Assembly (NCBI GenBank): GCA_016192705.1
Contig: JACPTQ010000049.1
Coordinates: forward strand, 2,180 to 66,179
Direction: 5' to 3'
From: Deltaproteobacteria bacterium
Lineage (GTDB): Bacteria; Myxococcota; JACPTQ01
DNA length: 64,000 nt
In this document: positions 20,370 through 29,765 of the stretch, in pieces
Layout: the number at the start of each line of letters is the position of its first letter
How positions within the stretch are numbered: position 1 is the stretch's first letter
Made by a program: the position numbers and the translations under genes
The notes under the pieces: generated by a model
Told to the model about the DNA's origin: nothing
What the model saw: only the letters and a program-made list of their open reading frames with translations
Databases searched by the model: none

Positions 20370-20636
20370 GTGGAACGTCTGCGAGCGGATCGCGTTTTAA
20401 GGGCTGTAGGGCGCCGGTTCGCGGAGCTACGAGCGAGGCGCGGCCTAACACAGGAAACGCTTGCAGAGCGGATCGGCGTGTCACTCAAGTATCTTCAGAG
20501 AATTGAAGCGGGGCGCGAGAACCTCACGCTCAAGTCGCTTGTCGAGCTTGCAAACACATTTCGCGTCAAGGTCGACGATCTCTTTCGCCGTCCGGTGTCG
20601 CTTGCGGTGCGCCGCGGTAGACCCCGAAAACGCTAA
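20370..20636 (+). CDS. XRE/Cro-C1 HTH regulator (controller-protein-like)
   Basis: LRARRGLTQETLAERIGVSLKYLQRIEAGRENLTLKSLVELANTF. Confidence 0.9.
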   Translation: MERLRADRVLRAVGRRFAELRARRGLTQETLAERIGVSLKYLQRIEAGRENLTLKSLVELANTFRVKVDDLFRRPVSLAVRRGRPRKR

Positions 20637-20820
20637 CAGCAACATTGAAGGGTTTTCTCCGACGCGTAAAACGGCCGGTGGGTATGTTTTTGAGCGGCCG
20701 CTGGAATTCAAGCACCGGGAGCGCGCGCTTGAAAAGTCGCCGGCTACGAAAAAACGCCCCCCCGGGGGTGGGGTTGAAGAGCCGCGCAAATCCGCGTATC
20801 GATTGGGCGCGAGGTGAGAG

Positions 20821-21435
20821 ATGGGATTTGCAGACACGACGCGACGACCGCCGAAAACGCTGACGGAAGTGGAGCAGGCTCGTCTGCTGAAAGTGACCGG
20901 CGAGCATCGCGCGGGGTTTAGGGACCACGTGCTTTTCTCTGTGGCGCTGGGCTCCGGATTGCGCGTGTCGGAGATTGCGGCGCTCGACGTCGGCGATGTC
21001 TCGCACGACGGGAAACGCGTTCGACGCCGCGTCACGCTCCGCGTATTCAAGCGCTCGTTCAAGAATGGTGGCGCGCAGGAGGTTTTTCTACCCGACGCGC
21101 TCATTTACAAGCTGGAAAAGTTCCTTCGATGGAAGGCAGCTCGCGGCGAAAGTCTCGCGCTCGACGCCCCGCTCTTTGTAAGTCGCAACCACCGCCGCCT
21201 CTCTGCCGGCATGGCGAGTGCGGCGTTCAAGACTTGGCAACGTCGCGCGGGATTCGACGGCCTGCACACGTTTCACGCGCTTCGCCACTCGTGTCTCACG
21301 AACGTCTACAGAACCACGCGCGACATTCGGCTCGTGCAGCGCGTCGCCCGCCACAAGAACATTGCGACAACGACGATTTACGCGGCCCCCACGGACGAAG
21401 ATATTCTTCGCGCTGTTCGGACTCTGCCCTGCTGA
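20821..21435 (+). CDS. Small tyrosine recombinase (catalytic domain only, 204 aa)
   Basis: GLRVSE, FHALRH, ARH, TTTIY catalytic set. SD GAGGTG. Confidence 0.92.
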   Translation: MGFADTTRRPPKTLTEVEQARLLKVTGEHRAGFRDHVLFSVALGSGLRVSEIAALDVGDVSHDGKRVRRRVTLRVFKRSFKNGGAQEVFLPDALIYKLEKFLRWKAARGESLALDAPLFVSRNHRRLSAGMASAAFKTWQRRAGFDGLHTFHALRHSCLTNVYRTTRDIRLVQRVARHKNIATTTIYAAPTDEDILRAVRTLPC

Positions 21436-21441
21436 TCGACG

Positions 21442-21475
21442 AAAGTCGCAATTCGCGTATTGAATTTGCGGCTTT
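21442..21475. terminator. Hairpin between convergent genes
   Basis: AAAGTCGCAATTC-N7-GAATTTGCGGCTTT. Confidence 0.5.
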
Positions 21476-21484
21476 GGGGCGTCT

Positions 21485-22195
21485 CTAACCCCGTGGATTC
21501 TCGTCGCCGTCGTTGGCCGAATTGAGACTTTTATGTGGAACCTTCAATTCGTCCGGGCCGGTATCGGCGATGGGGCTTGAAGCCGGTTTGACGTATTCGA
21601 TTTCGCCTCGGCATTGCGCGCACAGCTCGGCAACCATGCCACATGCTGCGGGCGGGGCGTTCCTCGCGGCGCGCGCCTCGGCGTATAGGCGCTGTAGCTC
21701 GTCGAGCGACGGCAGGTCGCGACGCCGTGATTCCTTGCTGGCCTTTGTCTCGGCGATAGCCTCTTTCAAACGAACCGCGGCCGCCACGTCGGCGATCGAC
21801 GGCACAGGCACTCGGTCGTCATTCACTGCGGATTCAAACAAGCCGACAAATTTGTCCAACAGTTTCTCAAGGTCGGCGATCGAACGCGCCGCCGGGCGCG
21901 GCGCCCCTTTCGCTACCAGCGTCTCCGCGTTGTCGCCTATGCCTTTGAGAAACTTCTCGCGCCGTTTCAACCAGTTCTGCTTTTTCGCGAAATAGCCGAG
22001 CAACGACCGGCTGACGCTGTGTTTCTCGGACAACGCGCGGATGGACAAGAACGTCCGCGGCTCCGTCCCATTTTCGCCGTCGGCCAGATCGGCCCCGTAC
22101 ACATACTCCACCTCGATTTCGCGCCACGGTATCGACGGGCGATTTGCCTTTTTGTAACGCCCTCGTCGGACCTGTTGTTGAATGAAGTCGCTCAC
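21485..22195 (-). CDS. HTH protein resembling the N-terminus of phage small terminase subunits
   Basis: IPWREIEVEYVYG...LSIRALSEKHSVSRSLLGYFAKKQNWLKRR, followed by a helical region. Confidence 0.55.
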   Translation of the reverse strand: MSDFIQQQVRRGRYKKANRPSIPWREIEVEYVYGADLADGENGTEPRTFLSIRALSEKHSVSRSLLGYFAKKQNWLKRREKFLKGIGDNAETLVAKGAPRPAARSIADLEKLLDKFVGLFESAVNDDRVPVPSIADVAAAVRLKEAIAETKASKESRRRDLPSLDELQRLYAEARAARNAPPAACGMVAELCAQCRGEIEYVKPASSPIADTGPDELKVPHKSLNSANDGDENPRG

Positions 22196-22199
22196 GACT

Positions 22200-22996
22200 C
22201 AAAGGATAACGCCGATCGTCTCGATTCCGGTAATCCACCGGACTCGCAAGCGCGCGCTTCGCGGCGAGCTTCGCGGCGTTGGCCGCCTTGGGTAAGGAAA
22301 GCCCCCCGCCGCGCACCTTCTCGAATAACTCGGGCGCCTTGGCGTGCAGACTCAACGCCGCCCCCATGGTGCTCGGCGAAACGCCAGCCTCAGCGGCGAG
22401 AATGACGCGTTCGCGCTTTTGCTCTACGGGTCCGGTACAACGTTGTACCGCAACGGTAGGCTTGCCTTTGAACTTCCCGCCGCTGCGGGGTTGCGCCCTT
22501 GTTGCTTCGCTTCGCGCCTCGTTTGCGCTTCGCGCCGCCTTCTCTCGCGCCGCGCGCCACGCCTCGGACTCTCGGCGGAACGCCACCCATAACGCCGCCT
22601 TTTGACCAGGCTCTAAGTGCCGCCGCGTTGCGTTCGCGTCCCAGACGAACCGCCAGGGGGTCAGCGGCAGCGTCGAAATACCCGCCGCTGCCAAAACTCG
22701 CGCCGCGCTTTCCACCGACCGCGGCGACACCGCCGTAAGCGCCGCCGCCTGCGCACTCGCCTTACTGTTTGCTTCGCGCAAATTTGCGCTAAGCAAAGCC
22801 CCGCCCGCCGCGTTGCCGCTCCTTCGCCGCCGCCTCGAATAGCGGCTTCGCGCGCGCCGCCGTCAGCGAGCAGTGAGACCTCCAATTCAGCGCACTCGTC
22901 GGCGCTTAACGGCGGGATAAGGTCGCGAAGCTCGGGATCGACGATGATCGTCGTGTGAACGGCGCCCGCGAGCCCGTGTCGCTCAAGTGGCGTCAC
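22200..22996 (-). pseudogene. Fragmented ParB/Spo0J-like phage gene
   Basis: IIVDPELRDLIPPLSADECAELEVSLLADG and FVWDANATRRHLEPGQKA...APELFEKVRGG occur in different frames with the middle missing. Confidence 0.6.
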
Positions 22997-23024
22997 CGAC
23001 GAAGCACCTGGAGAGCCTCCGCCG

Positions 23025-23210
23025 TTAAGCGGCCCCGTCGCGGCCGTTTGAGCCTCGTTGGCTACGTTCGCCTCCAGTTGCCCCGCGGCCGTCGCGAGGC
23101 TGTGCTGTTTCCGTCACCAGCGATGGCGCAGGTAGCGGCGTCGATGCGGCCTCGCCCGGCGCTGCCTCCATCTCCGACGCGAGACCTTCCTCGAACTTCA
23201 GATCAGCCAT
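23025..23210 (-). CDS. Small hypothetical protein
   Basis: 61-aa ORF with a purine-rich SD, co-oriented with the replication module. Confidence 0.35.
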   Translation of the reverse strand: MADLKFEEGLASEMEAAPGEAASTPLPAPSLVTETAQPRDGRGATGGERSQRGSNGRDGAA

Positions 23211-23338
23211 CGTGCTTTTCCCTTCCTTTCAGCGTCCGCTTCAGTGACGCATTTCCTCTCGTTCACGTTTCCGGCTGAGGCCTCAAGCTTCATGACCTGA
23301 GCCTGCCATGAATCGCGTTTTTCTCACGTCGCGCCCCC

Positions 23339-23776
23339 TCAATGTTTCTGTCGCCCGTGTTTGATTTCATTCAGGTGCTTGCGCGCGTCTCGCAACGCTT
23401 GCTCCTCATGGTTTTCGCTCGCGCCGCCGTTCGCGGTGGGCACTCCCTGGGAACGGCTTCGCTTCAACGGCTCACCGTTTCGTAAAAGTGCCACCATTCG
23501 ACCGTCGAACATTTCGGCGATGCTACTCAGCTTCACGATCTCCTCGGGCGTGTACTCAAAGCGATCTTCCGTTGTCCGAGCCGGAACGAGCCAAAACGTG
23601 CCGAATGGCGACTCAAACTTCACTTCAACGCCGAGCTTCTTGAAGCTCGCGACGTCCTCGCTCGTGAGGGCAACGGGACCGGTTCTCTGCGGGGCTGGAG
23701 GGCCAGACTTCGTGGGAGCTGCTCCCAAGTTAGTTGAGTTGACGCTTTTCCCTTTGTGGTCTCGGTTTCTTCGCAT
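23339..23776 (-). CDS. Hypothetical protein of the mobile element
   Basis: Co-oriented ORF with globular-looking core GTFWLVP...EYTPEEIVKL. Start uncertain. Confidence 0.5.
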   Translation of the reverse strand: MRRNRDHKGKSVNSTNLGAAPTKSGPPAPQRTGPVALTSEDVASFKKLGVEVKFESPFGTFWLVPARTTEDRFEYTPEEIVKLSSIAEMFDGRMVALLRNGEPLKRSRSQGVPTANGGASENHEEQALRDARKHLNEIKHGRQKH

Positions 23777-23783
23777 TTGCGCC

Positions 23784-24491
23784 TCACATTCTCCAGCACG
23801 CGCCGCAAAGGCGGCTGTCGTCGTCCATGATGAGAAACACGGTTGCCTCGGTTGTTTGGCAGTTTCGACACACCGGCGTTTGCGCCCACAGCGGAAGTCG
23901 ACCATGGGGCTCACGCGCTAAACTGCACGCCAAGTCATTGGAATCATCGTTTTGAGGTGAGGCTGATTCTCCTCGCCCCGCCGGTTTTGAGGATTCTGCG
24001 AATATTGCGAAGGCATCCAGGCAAACCCGCTCGTGCGCGAGTGTGGATTCAAGCAGGGCAGTTTCGTCAACCGGGGCGTCGCGAAGAAACTTGCTCGCCT
24101 CGGCCCCCACGCGGGACCAGGCCCGATCTACTTCCGACCATGCGGGTGGGTTCGCGACCCTGAGTCTTTCGTGAAACCCTTGAGCACCATCAGGGAACGC
24201 CGCGCTCAGGCGCTCCCCTGATTCCCAGATCACACTGTTTACGCGGGCCACCCGCAATGGGTCGAAGGGATTGGCCTGCTCGCCCGTGCTTTTTTCGTTC
24301 TCCCGTCGGGTTGCCGGCACAAGGGATTCGTTGTCGAGCCGTGCCAGGACCGCTGACTTCAATTCCACCAGAACGCCCCGAATCTTTTCCGTCAGCACGT
24401 CTCTCGGCCCCGTCACCCGAAGCCCCTTCGGCCCTCGCGACACATGAACGCCGCGGGCGCGTAGGTATTTGAGCAGTTCCTCGACGGTCAC
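23784..24491 (-). CDS. TubC-N docking-domain-like protein with C-terminal Zn ribbon
   Basis: MTVEELLKYLRARGVHV...GLRVTGP...LVELKSAVLARL. CRNC...CGAC. GTGA overlap with the upstream gene. Confidence 0.6.
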   Translation of the reverse strand: MTVEELLKYLRARGVHVSRGPKGLRVTGPRDVLTEKIRGVLVELKSAVLARLDNESLVPATRRENEKSTGEQANPFDPLRVARVNSVIWESGERLSAAFPDGAQGFHERLRVANPPAWSEVDRAWSRVGAEASKFLRDAPVDETALLESTLAHERVCLDAFAIFAESSKPAGRGESASPQNDDSNDLACSLAREPHGRLPLWAQTPVCRNCQTTEATVFLIMDDDSRLCGACWRM

Positions 24492-26146
24492 AGGTCGACC
24501 TCGATAACCTCACCAGCCGCCGCATAATTCGCAGAATCCTCAAAATCGGCCTGCGTCGGTTCCGGTGCTGCGCTGCCCGCATTCTGCGAATTGTGCGAAT
24601 CGCTTGGGCCCTCCTCCCAGCGTTCGGCCCGCAGTGCCGGGTTAACATCGATCACCGCGCTCGACGGACGCCCGGGCCCACCGCGTGGTTCTGGCGGGCG
24701 TTCGCGCAAGAAGTTGTGTTCGCCAAGAATCTTTAGCGCGGGGGCAAGTTGGTCAACTCGGCGGAATCGTCCCTTCAGCCATTCAAAGAGATCCCGTTTC
24801 GTGAAACTGCGCAGGCCCTTCCGCTCGATCGTTCGAAGGACCGTCTTGGCGGCCTCTACGTCTGGATCCGCGCCCATTTGTTCAAACGCGACGAGGGCGT
24901 GTGCGAGCAAATACTCCCCGATTTCGGCCGCGCGTTGCATAACCCCCTCGCCGACCTTTTCTGACAGCGGGTGCGTTCCTCCCGCATGGTCGGCGACATG
25001 GAGAAGCCCCGCGATTCGCGCGACCGCGCCAGCGAATTTTCCGGCCCAATCCTGGATGGCAAAAAGGTTGCCGCCCTCACCGAGTGTGGGCTCGACTGTC
25101 TTCGCGAACTCCAACCAACGAGCGTACGCGCCGCTTGAGAGCTTGAGCGCTGGCGGGTCCTCCGAGGGGTCTCCGCCCTCCAGCCGAAGAATGTTAACAA
25201 GGCACTCCTCAAACCGCGCGAGAACCGCCGGATTGGCCGGGACTGGATCCACCTGACGATGCCCGACCGGGCTCTTTGGAAGCGAGTACAAAAAGCGACC
25301 AAGCAGACCGCGCCCACGGAATCCCGGCTTGTCGTGCATCGAGCGAAGAACGTCGGGCTGGACCGTCAGCCCGAAGGTGATCGCGGGGGACCTCAGGAAC
25401 TCACCTTCTCGCGAGACGCGGTCGACGCGGTAGGAATCGCCCGCATGTCCCTTCAGGATGAGGTCTAGGTTCGGGATCTTGTCCTGATACCGCCCCGCAA
25501 GGAGCTCAAAAATGCCCCCCTCCGGCGAGAACACCCCGATGCGCTCGCCCTGCTGGAAGATAATCGTGCACAGTTTTTCGGGCGTCGTGTCGTCGGCAAG
25601 GAATTGTGGGAGCGCCTCGACCTTCTCGAACACGAGTTCCTGCGCAATCTGCTTGGCCTCTTCGGCGGATTGATCGGGATCCGCGCCTTTCTTTCCGGCG
25701 GCGTCGGCCTTGAGCTTTTCCAGCTTCTTTTGTTTTATTTCCCTCTCAACCTTCGCCGCCTCGATTCTCGGGCGCGCGGCTTCAACAAGACAGGATTCGA
25801 GGTCGCGAATGGGTTCGGTTACGTGGCGAAAAACCGCCGATTTGCGGTTCGCGGGGGGGAGAACCACAACGACGTAGATGTTGAGGGGTTCACGATAGGT
25901 TCCAATGATTTCGATTCTTATCTTGCGCGCCGCTCCGACCGCGACGGAGGCGAGACACAGCATGCCCGCGAGATCCGCCGGAGTCTGGGTATCGCGAGCA
26001 ACTTCTATTACGAAATCGCGCAACCACGGCGACAAACAATCCACAGGGAACGTGGGAAGGTTTGTGTGGCCGAATGGGATCGGCGGCCCCCAGGCGTCGG
26101 CGGGAGCGTTATCAAAAAGCACCTCGAATGATGGTTTCTCGTCCAT
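24488..26146 (-). CDS. DUF3987 (YfjI-like) replication helicase-like protein
   Basis: FPVDCL, EPLNIYVVVVLPPANRKS, DDTTPEKL, SPEGG, RGLLGRFL, C-terminal winged helix. Confidence 0.85.
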   Translation of the reverse strand: MDEKPSFEVLFDNAPADAWGPPIPFGHTNLPTFPVDCLSPWLRDFVIEVARDTQTPADLAGMLCLASVAVGAARKIRIEIIGTYREPLNIYVVVVLPPANRKSAVFRHVTEPIRDLESCLVEAARPRIEAAKVEREIKQKKLEKLKADAAGKKGADPDQSAEEAKQIAQELVFEKVEALPQFLADDTTPEKLCTIIFQQGERIGVFSPEGGIFELLAGRYQDKIPNLDLILKGHAGDSYRVDRVSREGEFLRSPAITFGLTVQPDVLRSMHDKPGFRGRGLLGRFLYSLPKSPVGHRQVDPVPANPAVLARFEECLVNILRLEGGDPSEDPPALKLSSGAYARWLEFAKTVEPTLGEGGNLFAIQDWAGKFAGAVARIAGLLHVADHAGGTHPLSEKVGEGVMQRAAEIGEYLLAHALVAFEQMGADPDVEAAKTVLRTIERKGLRSFTKRDLFEWLKGRFRRVDQLAPALKILGEHNFLRERPPEPRGGPGRPSSAVIDVNPALRAERWEEGPSDSHNSQNAGSAAPEPTQADFEDSANYAAAGEVIEVDL

Positions 26147-26151
26147 TATCT

Positions 26152-27681
26152 CTAGTCCGTTCCTTTCTGTTTCCTCGCGGCCGCGTCCCATCTGGACCCG
26201 CAGTGCGTGTCGACGATTTCGTGTCCAAAGAAATCAATGACGTCGCGGATACGACGGTTGTCACAGTGGGCATGAAGGCACCGAAAACTCGGCCACTTCC
26301 CGTCCGTGGCTTCCCAGACGGCGGCCGAGGTGTCGCGTGCATTGGCGCTTTTCGTGGAGTGCTCGCCCGACCAAGGGCATACGACCGCGTGTCGTCCGCC
26401 TAAAAGCGGTCTCAAGTAGAGCCCGTGCGTTTCAAAAAGGCGCACGATATCGAGCGTTGAGTAGTCTCCACGGCCCGCGTCCCCCGCGCGACGCACGGTC
26501 CTTGTCGCGGTACGGCTGGGCGGCGATTCCTGTTGCGGAAGCCACGTCAAATCAAAAACGGGAACGCTGCTCAGCTCGGGCAGTGGATCGCCGTCCGCCC
26601 ACTGGTATCGCCCGCCCGACGGGTGAACGCTCCCCGGCAAAACGAACTGGTTGCCCTCCGCGAGCAAGCTGACGCCTTCGTGTTCGCCGGTTCGGATCGT
26701 GAGTCCGGGCGGTACGACTTTCCTGGGCCGCAGCGGAATGCCGACGTGCCACCTATAAACAAAATGCGCTCCTGTCCCGGAGCCGGAAATTGTTCGAAAC
26801 GGCGTCGCGGGCATGTTCGATGCCGCCCAGTCGCGGCATGCGGGGCCGTCGCAGTCGAGCGCGACGAATCCGGTAGATCCGCAAATGAGGCCAATGTTTG
26901 CGTTGGGAGTTGCGGCCCAGATGAGGTCGACATCGTCCGCGGTGAGCGAGAGGTGCGGCCAGTCATTATCCCACGGTCGTTTCTCCCGCGGCTGGACCGG
27001 TACGATAGAGAGGCCATGTTCATGGAATCGTTTCGCGGCAAGGCCGAGCTCGGACGTCGCTGATAATCCTTCCCCTCGACCGCGGGAGCGCAATTGAACG
27101 TAGGGAAGGAATTCGCTGAAACCGACACAGAGCCCCGGCCGCCACGTTTCGAGTCGTAGGACCGCCCCCTGTGCCGAGAACGTACGTGACGATCGACGCA
27201 AGACGATGCTGCGACGGGAGCAGCCAGGCGACTTACCCCCGAGCGCTCGTCCCAGCAATCTGGCAAGCCGGAGCACAGCGTTTGGTGGCGCCGGTTCGGT
27301 GAGCAACCAAATCAGGTACAGGCGATCGCAGCCGTACAAGACGCCCGCCGGCGGAACCGCAACCTTGTTGACTCGCTCGCGGCATTCGGCCTCGCCACCT
27401 TCGTACGACGCGAACGGTAACTCGACACACACAACGCGTGTCGGCATTTCGAGTGACGGCCCACCCGACTCTGGGACAAGCCTCGGAAACAGGCTGAGGC
27501 CGATATCAGCCGCCCGGGAATTCGCATAATTCGCAAAATTCGGAAGCTCGGCCTCGAGCTGGTCGATGTTCGACGCCCGCAAGAGACCAAGAAACGGGCC
27601 TCGATCGGAATCGTTGAGCAACCAGAGTTCGAGAAGGTGCGGGTAGACCAAATCGAGCAACGCTTGGAGCAGTTGTTTCAT
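26152..27681 (-). CDS. Bifunctional DNA primase/polymerase (Prim-Pol) with extra N-terminal domain and C-terminal Zn-binding domain
   Basis: NIGLICG...VALDCD...SGSGTGAHFVY...PGSVHPSGGRYQW. CPWSGEH...FRCLHAHC. Confidence 0.85.
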   Translation of the reverse strand: MKQLLQALLDLVYPHLLELWLLNDSDRGPFLGLLRASNIDQLEAELPNFANYANSRAADIGLSLFPRLVPESGGPSLEMPTRVVCVELPFASYEGGEAECRERVNKVAVPPAGVLYGCDRLYLIWLLTEPAPPNAVLRLARLLGRALGGKSPGCSRRSIVLRRSSRTFSAQGAVLRLETWRPGLCVGFSEFLPYVQLRSRGRGEGLSATSELGLAAKRFHEHGLSIVPVQPREKRPWDNDWPHLSLTADDVDLIWAATPNANIGLICGSTGFVALDCDGPACRDWAASNMPATPFRTISGSGTGAHFVYRWHVGIPLRPRKVVPPGLTIRTGEHEGVSLLAEGNQFVLPGSVHPSGGRYQWADGDPLPELSSVPVFDLTWLPQQESPPSRTATRTVRRAGDAGRGDYSTLDIVRLFETHGLYLRPLLGGRHAVVCPWSGEHSTKSANARDTSAAVWEATDGKWPSFRCLHAHCDNRRIRDVIDFFGHEIVDTHCGSRWDAAARKQKGTD

Positions 27682-27712
27682 GGGGCCGAACCTCTTGGCG
27701 CCTGCGTCGGCA

Positions 27713-27958
27713 TCAGTGACCCAGTTCGTCCTCGCGAACGCTGAGTCGTTCGAACACCGTGGATTGCACCTGTAGGTTGCGGGTGCCGTCCTCGACCGGC
27801 CCACACGTTATGACCATCTGAAAGTCTCCAGCACGCACGAGCTGCATAAGGATCAAAGCGATTTCGTTTATCGCCGGAGGCAGCACGTCGTAATCACTCG
27901 CCTCCAGGAAAATTCCGTTCCGTGGTTTCGTCTTGGGTCCTCCGCGTTCAGCGTCCAT
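27713..27958 (-). CDS. Small hypothetical protein
   Basis: 81-aa ORF packed between xis and Prim-Pol, with GAGAAGG upstream. Confidence 0.5.
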   Translation of the reverse strand: MDAERGGPKTKPRNGIFLEASDYDVLPPAINEIALILMQLVRAGDFQMVITCGPVEDGTRNLQVQSTVFERLSVREDELGH

Positions 27959-28247
27959 TGCGGTTAACCTTCTCGGTGTTCGTGAAGTTGCCTATCTCCG
28001 GCGAGCACGGATCACTCGCCCGGGAGCCGCCGTGCGTGTTTTCGGCAATGAGGTTTACGAGCGCACGCTTGGGGATTCGCCGGCTGCGGCCGATTTTCAC
28101 GAACGGTAGTTGGCCATCGTCCATCAACTGATAAACGCTCGAGCGACTCCGACAAAGGAAACTCGCCGCCGATCGAATGCTGACGAGACCTTCATCGAGG
28201 AAGGCTTCGCCTGATTCAGTACAAACCTGCGGACGATTGGTTGACAT
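27948..28247 (-). CDS. Excisionase-like HTH_17 protein
   Basis: LVSIRSAASFLCRSRSSVYQLMDDGQLPFVKIGRSRRIPKRAL. SD AAGGAG. Confidence 0.85.
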   Translation of the reverse strand: MSTNRPQVCTESGEAFLDEGLVSIRSAASFLCRSRSSVYQLMDDGQLPFVKIGRSRRIPKRALVNLIAENTHGGSRASDPCSPEIGNFTNTEKVNRNGR

Positions 28248-28329
28248 TCAGATCTCCTTCCGTAGACGTATGTGCTTGACGCCCAACGCCCGGGAAGATA
28301 ACAGTTGCGAAAAATGGCACCCGCTAATC

Positions 28330-29613
28330 ATGGTTAAAGGGTGCTATCTGTTCGCGGAGGATAAGGTGGCTCGAGAAGATCGCGCGAGAGCGCGCAAGAA
28401 GATACGGGACGAGGCGGAGGCCTATCTAATGGGTAATCTCAAGTCGCTCAACCCGGTAGTTTTCGAAAGGGTCTTCGACGAATGGTGCGCTGACGACCTT
28501 GCCATCACCAATGAACACTTAAAGGGGCTTCTTGACCTCTACAAAGCAGAACTCAGATACGTGGCCAAGCTGAGGCATCAAATTGAAATATCTAGTCCGG
28601 TAAGAGAGCGGGGAGATTCGAACGAAGGAGTTTCGTCGTCGACGCCGAAACAAGTCGTGGTCGGCGAGCGGCGGTTTGATCGGCTCGCACAGCCAATTGG
28701 CGCAACCCCAAATGCTCGACCCCGCCACGCGGTTAGCTCCGGCAACCCTTGGATCGGCAGAGATCGGATCAATGCGCTCAAGCCGTTATTCGGCCTGCGC
28801 GCGAGTCAGACGGGAGAGGTCATAGCGTTCCGAAAGAGGCACCTGATGCGGGGGCTGATCGATCGCGAGAACTTCGTTGATTGGGTTCGCGCGGCGGCAA
28901 AAAGGGACGGCGCAGCCAGAGCGACAACCAGGATCGTTTTATCAAAGGGAACAACGTGGCGCGAGACCAGCAGCGGGAAGATCGTGCCCAATCGTAACGT
29001 CGAGGCAAACTGCTTTCTCGAAGTACCTTCTGTCGAGAGTCTCAAGTTTAATGTTGGCGGTTTGCAAGGTGACCTGGAAATCCCTATTGCGCCTGGAGGC
29101 AAACTCGACGCCCTGCGAAGGGTTGGCGTCACACTGGCCAATTTATTTCCCTGGCGATTCATAGATGCGCTTGTGTTCGTCGTCACCGGACGCGTGCCAA
29201 ACCCCGTCTCGATTGGGCACACGATCGTTCGAAGTACGGGGCCTTCCGTTTTGACTCGCCTCGTTCTCAATCTCGACCCGCTTTGCGCAATCAACGAAGT
29301 CACGACCTATTTCATTAACGCTCGCAAGATGCTCCTCAAGGGAAGAAAGCGGCGACAAGGCAACCGAAGTCTGGCGCTGGCGAACTATGTTCTAGGTCAA
29401 ATCGACTCGCTAAATCTGCCAAAGGGGCCGGGCGCCAGGCGCCGCTGGAATGCGTTGCAAAAGGGATGGGAAAAAGCGCACCCGACCGAGCCAAAAAAGG
29501 CGCCAAGGTTATTTCGTCGTTACTGCCGAATGAGCATCGAGCGTGCTCTGAATCCAATCGAGTGGAAGAGGCAGAAGAATCAGCCGCAGGTGGTGTTCGT
29601 GAGAAGGAGGTAG
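28330..29613 (+). CDS. Hypothetical protein divergent from xis (repressor position)
   Basis: Long ORF with a basic helical C-terminus. Start uncertain (28177-28366). Confidence 0.65.
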   Translation: MVKGCYLFAEDKVAREDRARARKKIRDEAEAYLMGNLKSLNPVVFERVFDEWCADDLAITNEHLKGLLDLYKAELRYVAKLRHQIEISSPVRERGDSNEGVSSSTPKQVVVGERRFDRLAQPIGATPNARPRHAVSSGNPWIGRDRINALKPLFGLRASQTGEVIAFRKRHLMRGLIDRENFVDWVRAAAKRDGAARATTRIVLSKGTTWRETSSGKIVPNRNVEANCFLEVPSVESLKFNVGGLQGDLEIPIAPGGKLDALRRVGVTLANLFPWRFIDALVFVVTGRVPNPVSIGHTIVRSTGPSVLTRLVLNLDPLCAINEVTTYFINARKMLLKGRKRRQGNRSLALANYVLGQIDSLNLPKGPGARRRWNALQKGWEKAHPTEPKKAPRLFRRYCRMSIERALNPIEWKRQKNQPQVVFVRRR

Positions 29614-29615
29614 CA

Positions 29616-29765
29616 GTGACGAGACGCCGGGATTGGGATGAAGGGTCGATCCTCAAGCGGGCGCGGGGGTATGCGGCGCGGGAGCGCCTCTTGTATCCAA
29701 AGTATGTTGCTCTTGGCGAGAGTTGGCGAAACGAAGAAAAACTAGGGAGGCGAAGAAATGAGTAA
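29616..29765 (+). CDS. 49-aa ORF resembling the integrase N-terminus
   Basis: SD AAGGAGGT plus GTG. MTRRRDWDEGSILKR versus integrase MSKRRGRGEGSIFKR. Confidence 0.45.
   Translation: MTRRRDWDEGSILKRARGYAARERLLYPKYVALGESWRNEEKLGRRRNE

Noticed and set aside
20093-20506. Overlapping ORFs between brxE and the XRE gene
   Set aside because: No recognisable motifs or RBS, and they overlap better-supported genes.
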